NCBI GenBank assembly: GCA_964529035.1
Contig: CAZGUG010000002.1
Location: forward strand, 19,241-83,240
DNA: 64,000 nucleotides
Source: an uncultured Clostridium sp.
GTDB lineage: Bacteria; Bacillota; Clostridia; Ch29
Direction: 5' to 3'
Below, one piece after another: positions 1-8,203 of the stretch (its first letter is position 1; each line of letters starts with the position of its first letter). Both the position numbers and the translations under genes were made by a program. The notes beneath the pieces are model-generated. The model had not been told where the DNA came from and made no database searches. It was given only the letters and a program-made list of their open reading frames with translations.

Positions 1-1485
1 ACTTTTACAGGTAATATAGGGCCAGATGTATGGGTTGATCACAGGAACTCTTCCTATGTTGACCAAAATGGAAGGGCTCTTTCCCTGGTAAACCGAGCCA
101 ATGAATCCATGGTTGGTGACAATGTGGTCAGCGGCAAAGTGGTGGCCTGGCCCATAGAGCGGCCTGAGCCGCAGATGTCAGATAATCCGCGGACTATTCA
201 TGTACCTGGCGATTATGCATCTATCCAGGCTGCTATCGATAGTTCAAAAAATGGAGATACCATCATTGTAGCGCCGGGAACTTACAATGAAAGCATTGAT
301 TTTCGGGGTAAGCATATCACTGTCAGGAGCCAGGATCCCCTGGATAAATCTATAGTATCGTCTACAGTGATTAATGGTGGTAATCCTGATGCACCTGATG
401 ATGGTCAGGGACCCATTGTTATGTTTTTGAACGGTGAAGGTCGAGATGCTGTTTTAGAAGGCTTTACCATCTACAACCGGGACAGAGACTTCTTCAACAT
501 GTCTGCTGTATACCTTTCAGGTGCTAGTCCCACTATCCGTAATAATATAATTACCAGTGAACGTGGAACCGGAATTTTAATGAACTGGGCCTATACAAAG
601 CTATACGTTCCAGAACAACAAGAAGACGAAGGTAGATTTACTCCACAGCTTGGCATGGAGACGGCACCTTTACTGGAGAATAATACAATCCGAGACTGTA
701 CCGTTGGTGGTGGAATGTGGTACTACTATGCATCACCAGAAATAATCGAGAACAAGTTTATCAATAACGATGGACCGTTGTCTGGAGCAGTACACAACTG
801 GTTCTCCAGTGCGACCATTAAAGACAATGAATTTGTTGGTAATAAAGGGCACAATGGAGGGGCTATACATTACGAAAACTATAGTGTGGTACTAATAGAA
901 GGAAACTCTTTTAAGGATAATGTTGTAAATGGTTTGGGTGGTGCAATTTATATTGACAGCAACACTTATGGGACAATTGACAGTAATGTGTTCATAGGCA
1001 ATCATGCCCAGAATGGAAGTGCTGTTGCCATTGGCCATGCTGATATAGAATTAACTAACAATGTGATTGCAGAAAATTACGGTTGGGCGTTGTTTGTAGG
1101 TGGAAAAGCCCGGGTAAACAACAACACCTTTGCTAATAATTACGGCGATACGCACGGTGAGGGGATATTTGTCATGGATGGTAAGGTTGAGGGAGTAAAT
1201 AATATCTTTTACAACAATGAACTGAATGTGTGGGAAGGCGAAGGTGGCGGAGAAATTAATCTTACCGATAGTCTGTTCTATAATAAAGATAGAAAATCAT
1301 GGCCGGGTAAAGGCAATCGATTGGCGGATCCATCTTTCATGGGTGAAGGTGACTACCGACTGCGATTCGGATCGAAGGCAATTGATGCTGGTGTTGAAGT
1401 TGATTTGAAAGTAGATATTATTGGAACTCCTAGACCCCAGGGACGGGGATATGACATTGGTGCTTATGAGTTTCTAGTGCCATAA
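1..1485 (+). CDS. Right-handed parallel beta-helix repeat protein (pectate-lyase/NosD-like fold), 5' end truncated by the window edge
   Basis: The frame stays open from position 1 with no stop upstream of the first ATG at 109. Repeated Gly/Asn-rich ~22-aa units (NNxI, GxxGxGI) are typical of beta-helix proteins. Stop codon at 1483-1485. Confidence 0.6.
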   Translation, partial: TFTGNIGPDVWVDHRNSSYVDQNGRALSLVNRANESMVGDNVVSGKVVAWPIERPEPQMSDNPRTIHVPGDYASIQAAIDSSKNGDTIIVAPGTYNESIDFRGKHITVRSQDPLDKSIVSSTVINGGNPDAPDDGQGPIVMFLNGEGRDAVLEGFTIYNRDRDFFNMSAVYLSGASPTIRNNIITSERGTGILMNWAYTKLYVPEQQEDEGRFTPQLGMETAPLLENNTIRDCTVGGGMWYYYASPEIIENKFINNDGPLSGAVHNWFSSATIKDNEFVGNKGHNGGAIHYENYSVVLIEGNSFKDNVVNGLGGAIYIDSNTYGTIDSNVFIGNHAQNGSAVAIGHADIELTNNVIAENYGWALFVGGKARVNNNTFANNYGDTHGEGIFVMDGKVEGVNNIFYNNELNVWEGEGGGEINLTDSLFYNKDRKSWPGKGNRLADPSFMGEGDYRLRFGSKAIDAGVEVDLKVDIIGTPRPQGRGYDIGAYEFLVP

Positions 1486-1612
1486 CCTGGAGAATAATTG
1501 GGTGTGTATTTGTATAGGCTGTAGGCCATAGAACAGGGGATGGTTCTCTGTTTGATAATGCCCCACCGGTATTACTATATATAACGTGATAAGGACTTTA
1601 CATCTTCTAGCG

Positions 1613-1639
1613 TGTCATCCTGAGCGAAGCGAAGGATCT
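1613..1639. repeat. 27-bp perfect inverted repeat, left copy (tgtcatcctgagcgaagcgaaggatct); partner at 3176-3202
   Basis: The reverse complement of 1613-1639 equals 3176-3202 exactly. The left copy carries an internal direct sub-repeat gcgaagcgaagga/gcgaagcgaaaga. Confidence 0.85.
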
Positions 1640-1809
1640 TGCGAAGCGAAAGATTTTTCGGAAGGCAAAATAAAGATTCTTCAGTCGTTCCTCCTTCAGG
1701 ATGACACATCTTATGTAACTTTATTAACACCTTATATATAGGTATACCCGTTAAAATAATGGATATATATGAAAGAGCAAAAAAAGAGATCCAAATATAA
1801 TACCGATAA

Positions 1810-1988
1810 AAAGGTAGTGGCAATGAAATCTCACTGCTCGACATACTGGGCACCGACTGTGATACGGCCTCTCCAACGGCACTATAAAGACCCAGCTGGA
1901 GATAGACCAGATGCTGGGCATTTCCAGGTCCTATGCTTCCAGGATTGAAAAGAGGGACATTAAAAAACTGAGCAGGGAAAACATATAG
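1810..1988 (+). pseudogene. sigK: sigK (sporulation sigma-K) 3' remnant: region-3/4-like fragments with a frameshift and a ~100-nt internal deletion
   Basis: Frame 1 (1810-1884) reads KGSGNEISLLDILGTDCDTASPTAL*, close to B. subtilis SigK ...KEGNEISLIDVLKSE. Frame 0 (1863-1988) reads YGLSNGTIKTQLEIDQMLGISRSYASRIEKRDIKKLSRENI*, matching SigK region 4.2 ([36 protein letters not shown]). The region 4.1 codons expected between the two fragments are missing. In-frame stop codons lie immediately 5' of nt 1810. Confidence 0.5.
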
Positions 1989-2016
1989 AACAGCTGTAAA
2001 GTAGCAGTTGTTCTAT
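1985..2016. terminator. Bidirectional hairpin terminator shared by the sigK remnant (+) and the EamA gene (-)
   Basis: The stem atagaacagctg / cagttgttctat has one mismatch around an 8-nt loop. T-rich tracts follow it on both strands. It overlaps both stop codons. Confidence 0.5.
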
Positions 2017-2933
2017 ATGTTTTCTGCGGAATTATCCTTGCTTTTGAGCATGTTTATTATGATTACCGCTATTATTATCATTGTGATGCCGAAAAACTGG
2101 AGTGGCGTCAGTATTTCTCTGAGAAGTATAACACCCAGGGCAACGCTTACCACCGGCTCGAAGGTACATAATATGGCGGCTCTTGAGGAGCTGGTTTCCC
2201 TTATTCCGGCAAAGAACAGCAGGTTTGACAAAAAGGTTGAAAAGATAGCGCTGGCCAGTATCGCTGCCCAGGCCTTTGGCGTCACGGACCACTGCAGGTT
2301 TCCGGTTACAAGGGCCGCAGCCATAAGTGTTACCGTGGCCGCAGTGGTGATGTATGTGGTGACGGTAAGAGAATCCATAGTACTAAGGTTTTCTGAGAAC
2401 CTGCTGCCCAGTAGTATTAGATGGGTGCTGAAGGAAAGGCACGCGCCGAAGGCCAGCAGAATGCCGAAGGTATTAAACTGTGAGACCGGCGACCATACCA
2501 TGAGGACACAGCCGACCGTTGCCATTATCAGTGCAAAGAGCTGCTTTGGGACCATTCTTTCCTTCAGTACTCTTACCATGAACAGGTTCACTATGACAGG
2601 GTACAGGTAAAAAATTACCGATGCGAGGGATACGGGAATATAGTTTATAGAATTGTAGTAAACAATAGAAAACCCCGCGTATACAATCCCTCCTATTATA
2701 AACAGAGTCTTGAGCTGTGCCCTGGAGGCATGTACTTTTTGCCGGCCTCCCGATGCAAGGCTGTATCCCCACAGGAGTGTCGATGCGATAAGGAACCTCA
2801 TGGCCAGTACAAACATGGGGTTTGCGCCTTCGTTGTAGGCCGTCTTGGATATTACCACGTTTATACCATAAAAAAAAGCCGCCAGTATAACAAGGGTGTT
2901 GCCCTTCTTTTTCATGTTGGCATTATCCTCCAT
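2013..2933 (-). CDS. EamA/DMT-superfamily transporter (10 transmembrane segments)
   Basis: 306 aa, highly hydrophobic. The two EamA half-domains are recognisable (N-terminal FFYGINVVISK..., second half AAILASAIFSTFLSNLLFFAGIRE). Confidence 0.75.
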   Translation of the reverse strand: MEDNANMKKKGNTLVILAAFFYGINVVISKTAYNEGANPMFVLAMRFLIASTLLWGYSLASGGRQKVHASRAQLKTLFIIGGIVYAGFSIVYYNSINYIPVSLASVIFYLYPVIVNLFMVRVLKERMVPKQLFALIMATVGCVLMVWSPVSQFNTFGILLAFGACLSFSTHLILLGSRFSENLSTMDSLTVTTYITTAATVTLMAAALVTGNLQWSVTPKAWAAILASAIFSTFLSNLLFFAGIRETSSSRAAILCTFEPVVSVALGVILLREILTPLQFFGITMIIIAVIIINMLKSKDNSAENI

Positions 2934-3175
2934 AACCGGTATTTGTCATCCATATCTATTCTACTACATCTGTATGTGTTTGTGGACTGCTTTTTTATTG
3001 ATCTGCCGGTTTAGGCAGAAGAACTGTGGGTCTAAACAAAAGACTTAACTTTAGCATATGATATATCGGGTAATGCCGCAGTATGCGGCGGCAGGTTAAT
3101 AAAACAGCTTATTATATAAGGGGACTGCTGAGAAAATAAGTTCTTTGCTTTTCATTTTGAAACGAAAAAGCTTAA

Positions 3176-3202
3176 AGATCCTTCGCTTCGCTCAGGATGA
3201 CA
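3176..3202. repeat. 27-bp perfect inverted repeat, right copy (agatccttcgcttcgctcaggatgaca)
   Basis: Exact reverse complement of 1613-1639. It is followed directly by a tandem array. Confidence 0.85.
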
Positions 3203-3243
3203 AGGAGGTTGCTCAGGATGACAAGGAGGTTGCTCAGGGTGAT
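3190..3243. repeat. Tandem direct repeat, 21-bp unit gctcaggatgacaaggaggtt, about 2.6 copies
   Basis: Copies at 3190-3210, 3211-3231 and a partial one at 3232-3243. This array generates the artefactual ORF 3197-3400 (MTRRLLRMTRRLLR...). Confidence 0.85.
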
Positions 3244-3278
3244 AAAAAGAGCTTTTTCAGTGGTTTTGGTTATAGGAG

Positions 3279-3770
3279 GTGATACTTTTGTACGGAAGGA
3301 AAAGTCAAAACGGGGCAGCGGCAGCCTATATAAGGGGTGGGCCTCTGGCGCCGCAGATAATGGGAGCTGTATACTTTCGGGACGTGGCCGGGGGCTGTGA
3401 AGTACGGGTAGAGGTAAACGGATTGCCTCCCTATCAGCCGGCTATAAAAGGTGAGGCTCCGATAGGGCCCCATGGTTTCCATATACATCAGTATGGAACA
3501 TGTGAAGTGGGTGACCCCGAGGACCCCTTTCAGGCGGCGGGAGGGCACTGGAACCCTGATAACCAGCCCCACGGTAATCATGCCGGAGATTTTCCGGTTT
3601 TATTTTCCAACAACGGCTATGCTAGGATGTGTTTTTTCACAAACCGGTTTAGGGCAAAGGAGGTAATCGGCCGCTCGGTAATAATACATCAGAACCCGGA
3701 TGATTACAGGACACAGCCCGCCGGAGACGCAGGAAGAAGGCTGGCCTGCGGGGTTATTCAGGCATATTAG
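3279..3770 (+). CDS. sodC: Cu/Zn superoxide dismutase (SodC family), apparently without a signal peptide
   Basis: All metal ligands are present: GFHIHQYG (Cu His pair), GGHWNP (bridging His), HGNHAGD (Zn His/His/Asp), IIHQNPDD (Cu His) and GDAGRRLACGVI (Arg/Cys). The start may be TTG 3288, downstream of AGGAGG at 3274-3279. No hydrophobic leader is present. Confidence 0.85.
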   Translation: MILLYGRKSQNGAAAAYIRGGPLAPQIMGAVYFRDVAGGCEVRVEVNGLPPYQPAIKGEAPIGPHGFHIHQYGTCEVGDPEDPFQAAGGHWNPDNQPHGNHAGDFPVLFSNNGYARMCFFTNRFRAKEVIGRSVIIHQNPDDYRTQPAGDAGRRLACGVIQAY

Positions 3771-3848
3771 CTTTGGTAACAAAGGTTACTTTTTTATATT
3801 CCTTCTTGCTGTATAATAAAAATACAGAAAACAAGAGGGGGTAAAAAA

Positions 3849-4592
3849 ATGTCAGTAAGAAATATTGTCAAAATTAACGAGGAAAAATGCAACGGCTGCG
3901 GTCTGTGCATACCGAATTGTGCAGAAGGAGCCCTTCAGATAATTGACGGCAAGGCAGAGCTTGTCAGCGATAAGTACTGTGACGGACTTGGAGCCTGCTT
4001 GGGGACATGCCCGATGGATGCCATAGAGATTATAAAAAGGGAAGCGGACGATTTTGATGAGCAGACGGTTGAACAGTATCTTGAATCGAAACAAAATCAT
4101 GATAAAGAACCAAAGACCGGAGGCTGTCCCGGCAGCAGGATTGTGTCCCTGAAGGAAAGGGAAACGGCAGATTTTGAGCAGCAGCCGGAAGATATTGAAG
4201 TTTCGATACGTCCACAGTTGGCCCAGTGGCCGGTACAGTTAAAGCTTGTTCCGGTTCAGGCGCCGTATTTTAACGGCACTAATCTGCTGGTGACCGCCGA
4301 TTGTGTTCCCTTTGCCTACGCCGATTATCACCTTGGACTTTTGAAGGGTAAAAGTGTTGTGGTGGGATGTCCAAAGCTAGACGACAATAATTACTACACG
4401 GAAAAACTTACCGAAATAATAAAGAATAATGATATAAGAAAAGTCACTGTTGCATATATGGAAGTGCCGTGCTGCGGTGGTATTGTAAGGGCGGTGGATA
4501 CCGCAATAAAAAACTCGGGGAAAGATATTCCTATTGCACTTGTGGAAATTTGCATAGACGGACGAATAAAAGGAAAAATCGAAACAAAGTAA
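3849..4592 (+). CDS. 4Fe-4S dicluster (ferredoxin-type) domain protein with a Cys-rich C-terminal domain
   Basis: The N-terminus has CNGCGLCIPNC ... CDGLGACLGTCP, two CxxCxxCxxxCP-like motifs. The C-terminal domain carries GCPKL and VPCCGG cysteines. Confidence 0.55.
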   Translation: MSVRNIVKINEEKCNGCGLCIPNCAEGALQIIDGKAELVSDKYCDGLGACLGTCPMDAIEIIKREADDFDEQTVEQYLESKQNHDKEPKTGGCPGSRIVSLKERETADFEQQPEDIEVSIRPQLAQWPVQLKLVPVQAPYFNGTNLLVTADCVPFAYADYHLGLLKGKSVVVGCPKLDDNNYYTEKLTEIIKNNDIRKVTVAYMEVPCCGGIVRAVDTAIKNSGKDIPIALVEICIDGRIKGKIETK

Positions 4593-4722
4593 AAGGGCAA
4601 AATGGTGACTTGTTCCGCAAAAAATGATTCCTGTACCAAAGGGTATGGGGATCATTTTTGTCTGTCGATGTAGATTAAATTGTGATAATATAAAGTAGAA
4701 TATAGGCTTGGGAGGGAAACAG

Positions 4723-5262
4723 ATGTTGGAGTTATTTGTGCCGAACGAATACGTTGCGTCGGTATTCGATATCGACCTTGAATGTTTGAGCAAAAAGGGT
4801 ATAGACGCCCTAATAATAGATATTGACAACACGCTGGTTAGCTGGAAGACAAAGACCGCTGACAGGAAACTTTTGGAATGGTTCAAAGCTGTGGAAGATT
4901 TGGGCTTTAGGACGTGCCTGTTGTCCAATAATACGAAGGACAGAGTTGTGAAATTCACAGAAGAGACAAGGATACCGGCGGTATACAGGGCTGCAAAACC
5001 GGGTAAAGGCGCATTTCGCAGGGCAATGGCGCTTATGGGAAAACCCCGGTCTGCAACTGCGGTTGTTGGGGACCAGGTATTCACCGATATACTCGGTGGT
5101 AACAGGATGGGCCTGTATACTGTGCTTGTGCTGCCAATAAACGAGAGGGAGTTTTTTACTACAAGGCTTGTAAGAAGGCTGGAAAACAGAATACTTGAAA
5201 GGATGATTAAGCGCGGGGAATTAGTAAAGCCCTGCATAAATAATAGAAAATTGCGCAGGTAA
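4723..5262 (+). CDS. YqeG-family HAD-IIIA phosphatase
   Basis: HAD motif I is IIDIDNTL and motif III is VVGDQVFTDILGGNRMG, at YqeG-like length. RBS GGGAGGG at 4711-4717 precedes ATG 4723. Confidence 0.75.
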   Translation: MLELFVPNEYVASVFDIDLECLSKKGIDALIIDIDNTLVSWKTKTADRKLLEWFKAVEDLGFRTCLLSNNTKDRVVKFTEETRIPAVYRAAKPGKGAFRRAMALMGKPRSATAVVGDQVFTDILGGNRMGLYTVLVLPINEREFFTTRLVRRLENRILERMIKRGELVKPCINNRKLRR

Positions 5263-5395
5263 AGTGCCATTTAAGCAGGATTTTGCAAACAATAGTCGAA
5301 TATATTTGCATAGAGAAAATTAGCAGATTTTGCCTGTTTTCACCGGGGATTTTACTGTCCCGCGTTCGCAGCAAAGCCGGTTTTGACGGGGCGGG

Positions 5396-7099
5396 GTGGG
5401 GGTGGGAAGCGTGCATTATAAAAGCAGAAAAAGACTGGGCAGCATTCTATTGGATATTGGGCGAATAAGCCGGGAGCAGCTGGAGTACGCGCTTAAGCTT
5501 CAAAAAGACAGGGGAGATAAGCTCGGGAAGATTCTTGTGGATGAGGGCATCATATCCGAAGCCGAGGTTATTGAGATATTGGAGTACCAGCTTGGCATAC
5601 CCCATGTTATGTTGGACAAGTACTATATAGACCCGGGAATTGTAAACATAGTGCCTGAGGGTCTGGCCAGAAAATACTGCCTCATACCCATTCAGAAACA
5701 CAGCAATGTTCTTGTGGTGGCAATGAAAGATCCCTTAAATATATATGCGATAGACGAAGTCAAGCTTGTGTCGGATTTGGATATACAGCCGGCTATTGCA
5801 TCGGAGGACGATATTAATTCAGCAATAGAGATGTATTACGGCAAACAGGTAGCCGAGAAAGCTGTGGAGGAATTTACCAGGGAACATAAAATAGAAAGTC
5901 TAATTGAGAATGAGAAACAGCTGCTGGAACAGGTTAACAATGCACCGGTTGTGAGGTTGGTTAATTCAATAATTGAGCAGGCGGTAGTTAACCGGGCCAG
6001 TGATATACATATAGAACCGGGCAGCAGCAAGCTGAGGGTCAGGTTCAGGATAGACGGCCAGCTGCAGGAAATGATGAACGTTTCAATGCAAACCCATGGT
6101 CCGGTTGCAGCCAGGATAAAAATTATGAGCCAACTTAATATAGCCGAAAGAAGAATACCGCAGGACGGAAGGGTAGATCTCGGCATGGGAGGAAAGCACC
6201 TGGACCTTAGGGTATCGGTACTTCCCACAGTTTATGGAGAAAAGATAGTAATAAGGGTCCTGGACAGGGGTAGGTTTTTGTTATCCAGCGAACAGCTGGG
6301 CTTAAGCAGGGAAAATGAAAGGATGTTTAACGAGCTGCTGAAGCTTCCCCATGGTATTGTTCTTGTCACCGGCCCTACCGGGAGCGGTAAAACCACTACG
6401 CTTTATGCCGCCCTGAGGGAACTGAACAAACCTTCGGTTAATATCATAACGCTGGAGGATCCGGTAGAGTACAAACTGGAAGGGATAAACCAAATGCAGA
6501 TTAATCCCAGGGCAGGCCTTACTTTTGCTGTGGGTTTAAGATCGGTATTAAGACAGGACCCAAACATTATAATGGTTGGGGAAATAAGGGACGAAGAGAC
6601 TGCGAATCTGGCGGTCAGGGCAGCTATAACTGGGCACCTGGTATTCTCCACACTGCACACAAACGATGCAGCCAGTTCAGTGGTAAGGCTTATTGACATG
6701 GGTGTTGAGCCATACCTGGCCGCCTCTTCAATAAGGGGAGTAATTTCACAGCGCCTTATAAGGAAGATTTGTCCCGGGTGTAAAGCCGGGTATAAAGCCA
6801 CACAGCAGGGACTGGACATACTTGGATATCCTTCGGACAGCAAGGTGGAGGTATATAAAGGAAAAGGCTGCGGCAGCTGTCATAAAACGGGATACAGGGG
6901 CAGGATTGCGGTTCATGAAATAATGCTTATTACAGAAAAACACAGGGAGCTGATAGGACAGAGGGTTTCTTCCGACAAACTGAAAAAAGTTTCGTGTAAA
7001 GCCGGAATGACAAGCCTTCGGGAAAGCTGTTCTGATCTTGTTTTAAAGGGGATTACAACGATTGATGAAATGTCCAAGGTCGTATATATGCAGGAATAA
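5396..7099 (+). CDS. pilB: Type IV pilus assembly ATPase PilB (GspE family)
   Basis: N-terminal GspE-N/MshEN domain, Walker A GPTGSGKTTTLYAAL, tetracysteine CPGCK...CGSCHKTG. The true start may be GTG 5411. Confidence 0.85.
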   Translation: MGVGSVHYKSRKRLGSILLDIGRISREQLEYALKLQKDRGDKLGKILVDEGIISEAEVIEILEYQLGIPHVMLDKYYIDPGIVNIVPEGLARKYCLIPIQKHSNVLVVAMKDPLNIYAIDEVKLVSDLDIQPAIASEDDINSAIEMYYGKQVAEKAVEEFTREHKIESLIENEKQLLEQVNNAPVVRLVNSIIEQAVVNRASDIHIEPGSSKLRVRFRIDGQLQEMMNVSMQTHGPVAARIKIMSQLNIAERRIPQDGRVDLGMGGKHLDLRVSVLPTVYGEKIVIRVLDRGRFLLSSEQLGLSRENERMFNELLKLPHGIVLVTGPTGSGKTTTLYAALRELNKPSVNIITLEDPVEYKLEGINQMQINPRAGLTFAVGLRSVLRQDPNIIMVGEIRDEETANLAVRAAITGHLVFSTLHTNDAASSVVRLIDMGVEPYLAASSIRGVISQRLIRKICPGCKAGYKATQQGLDILGYPSDSKVEVYKGKGCGSCHKTGYRGRIAVHEIMLITEKHRELIGQRVSSDKLKKVSCKAGMTSLRESCSDLVLKGITTIDEMSKVVYMQE

Positions 7100-7113
7100 A
7101 GGAGTTGTATTTA

Positions 7114-8166
7114 ATGATAGAGGAATTGTTAAGATACGCGATAGAGAATAATGCTTCGGATATTCATATAACAGTGGGCATGCCGCCTACCGCGAGGATT
7201 AATGGAAACCTGATGCCGATAAGCCGGGAAAGGCTTAACACTAGTCATACCCAGGCCATGGTTGAAGAGATACTCAGCAGGGAACACCTTGAAGAGTATA
7301 AGAAAAACGGAGAAATAGACCTTTCGTATTCAGTAAAGGGGCTGGGCAGGTTCAGGGTAAACATATACCGGCAAAGGGGTAGCAGCAGTCTCGCCTTAAG
7401 GGTTGTTGCACTGCACATTCCTTCTATCGGGGAACTTGGCCTGCCGGATTCCGTTAAGGAACTGTCCCGTAAAACGAGGGGGCTGGTACTGGTAACGGGA
7501 TCAAGTGGAAGCGGCAAGTCAACCACCCTTGCAGCAATGATAGATTTGATAAACAAAGAAAGGACATGCCATGTACTGACACTGGAGGACCCAATCGAAT
7601 ACCTGCACAGGCATAATAAGAGCATTGTAAACCAAAGGGAAATCGGTTATGATTCAAAAAACTTTGCAGCAGGCCTAAGGTCCGCCCTCAGACAGGACCC
7701 CGATGTGATACTGGTAGGAGAAATGCGGGACTTAGAGACCATATCCACGGCAATAACAGCAGCTGAAACGGGACACCTGGTTTTATCAACGCTTCATACG
7801 ATTGGTGCCGACAAGACTATAGACCGGATAATTGATGTATTTCCGCCGCACCAGCAGCAGCAAATAAGGGTACAGCTGTCAACGGTGCTGCAGGGGGTAA
7901 TATCACAGCATCTTCTGCTCCGAAAAGATGGTAAAGGAAGGGTGCCGGCAGTGGAGGTCATGGTGGCAACGCCGGCAATAAGGAATCTTATAAGAGAGGG
8001 TAAAACGCACCAGCTAATGACTTCCATACAGACCGGTAGAAAATACGGAATGCAGTCGATGGACGCTGCCCTCAGCAGGCTGTACATGGAGGACATAATC
8101 AGCCATGAAAACGCACTGCTGCACTGCACTAACGAAGAGGTCTTTAGAAGGCTGGCAGACAGCTGA
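7114..8166 (+). CDS. pilT: Twitching-motility / pilus-retraction ATPase PilT
   Basis: Walker A GSSGSGKSTTLAAM and the PilT-typical AIRNLIREGK motif. RBS AAGGAG at 7099-7104 precedes ATG 7114. Confidence 0.85.
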   Translation: MIEELLRYAIENNASDIHITVGMPPTARINGNLMPISRERLNTSHTQAMVEEILSREHLEEYKKNGEIDLSYSVKGLGRFRVNIYRQRGSSSLALRVVALHIPSIGELGLPDSVKELSRKTRGLVLVTGSSGSGKSTTLAAMIDLINKERTCHVLTLEDPIEYLHRHNKSIVNQREIGYDSKNFAAGLRSALRQDPDVILVGEMRDLETISTAITAAETGHLVLSTLHTIGADKTIDRIIDVFPPHQQQQIRVQLSTVLQGVISQHLLLRKDGKGRVPAVEVMVATPAIRNLIREGKTHQLMTSIQTGRKYGMQSMDAALSRLYMEDIISHENALLHCTNEEVFRRLADS

Positions 8167-8203
8167 CTAATGTATATACAGGGGGTATTGGAGGAGAGGA
8201 AGT

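Noticed and set aside
1575-1853. 92-aa ORF on the minus strand
   Set aside because: It spans the inverted repeat and the AT-rich junk region, has no RBS, and its sequence reflects the repeat (e.g. ...RFAQDD...) rather than a protein.
2008-2610. 200-aa ORF on the + strand overlapping the EamA gene
   Set aside because: It is entirely antisense to a well-supported transporter gene. It has no RBS and a hydrophobic mirror-image composition typical of shadow ORFs.
3197-3400. 67-aa ORF beginning MTRRLLRMTRRLLR
   Set aside because: It is a translation artefact of the 21-bp tandem repeat and of the real sodC start region in another frame.
4377-5270. 297-aa ORF on the minus strand
   Set aside because: It is antisense to the Fe-S protein and YqeG genes. 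It is low-complexity, Ser/Phe-rich, and has no start context.
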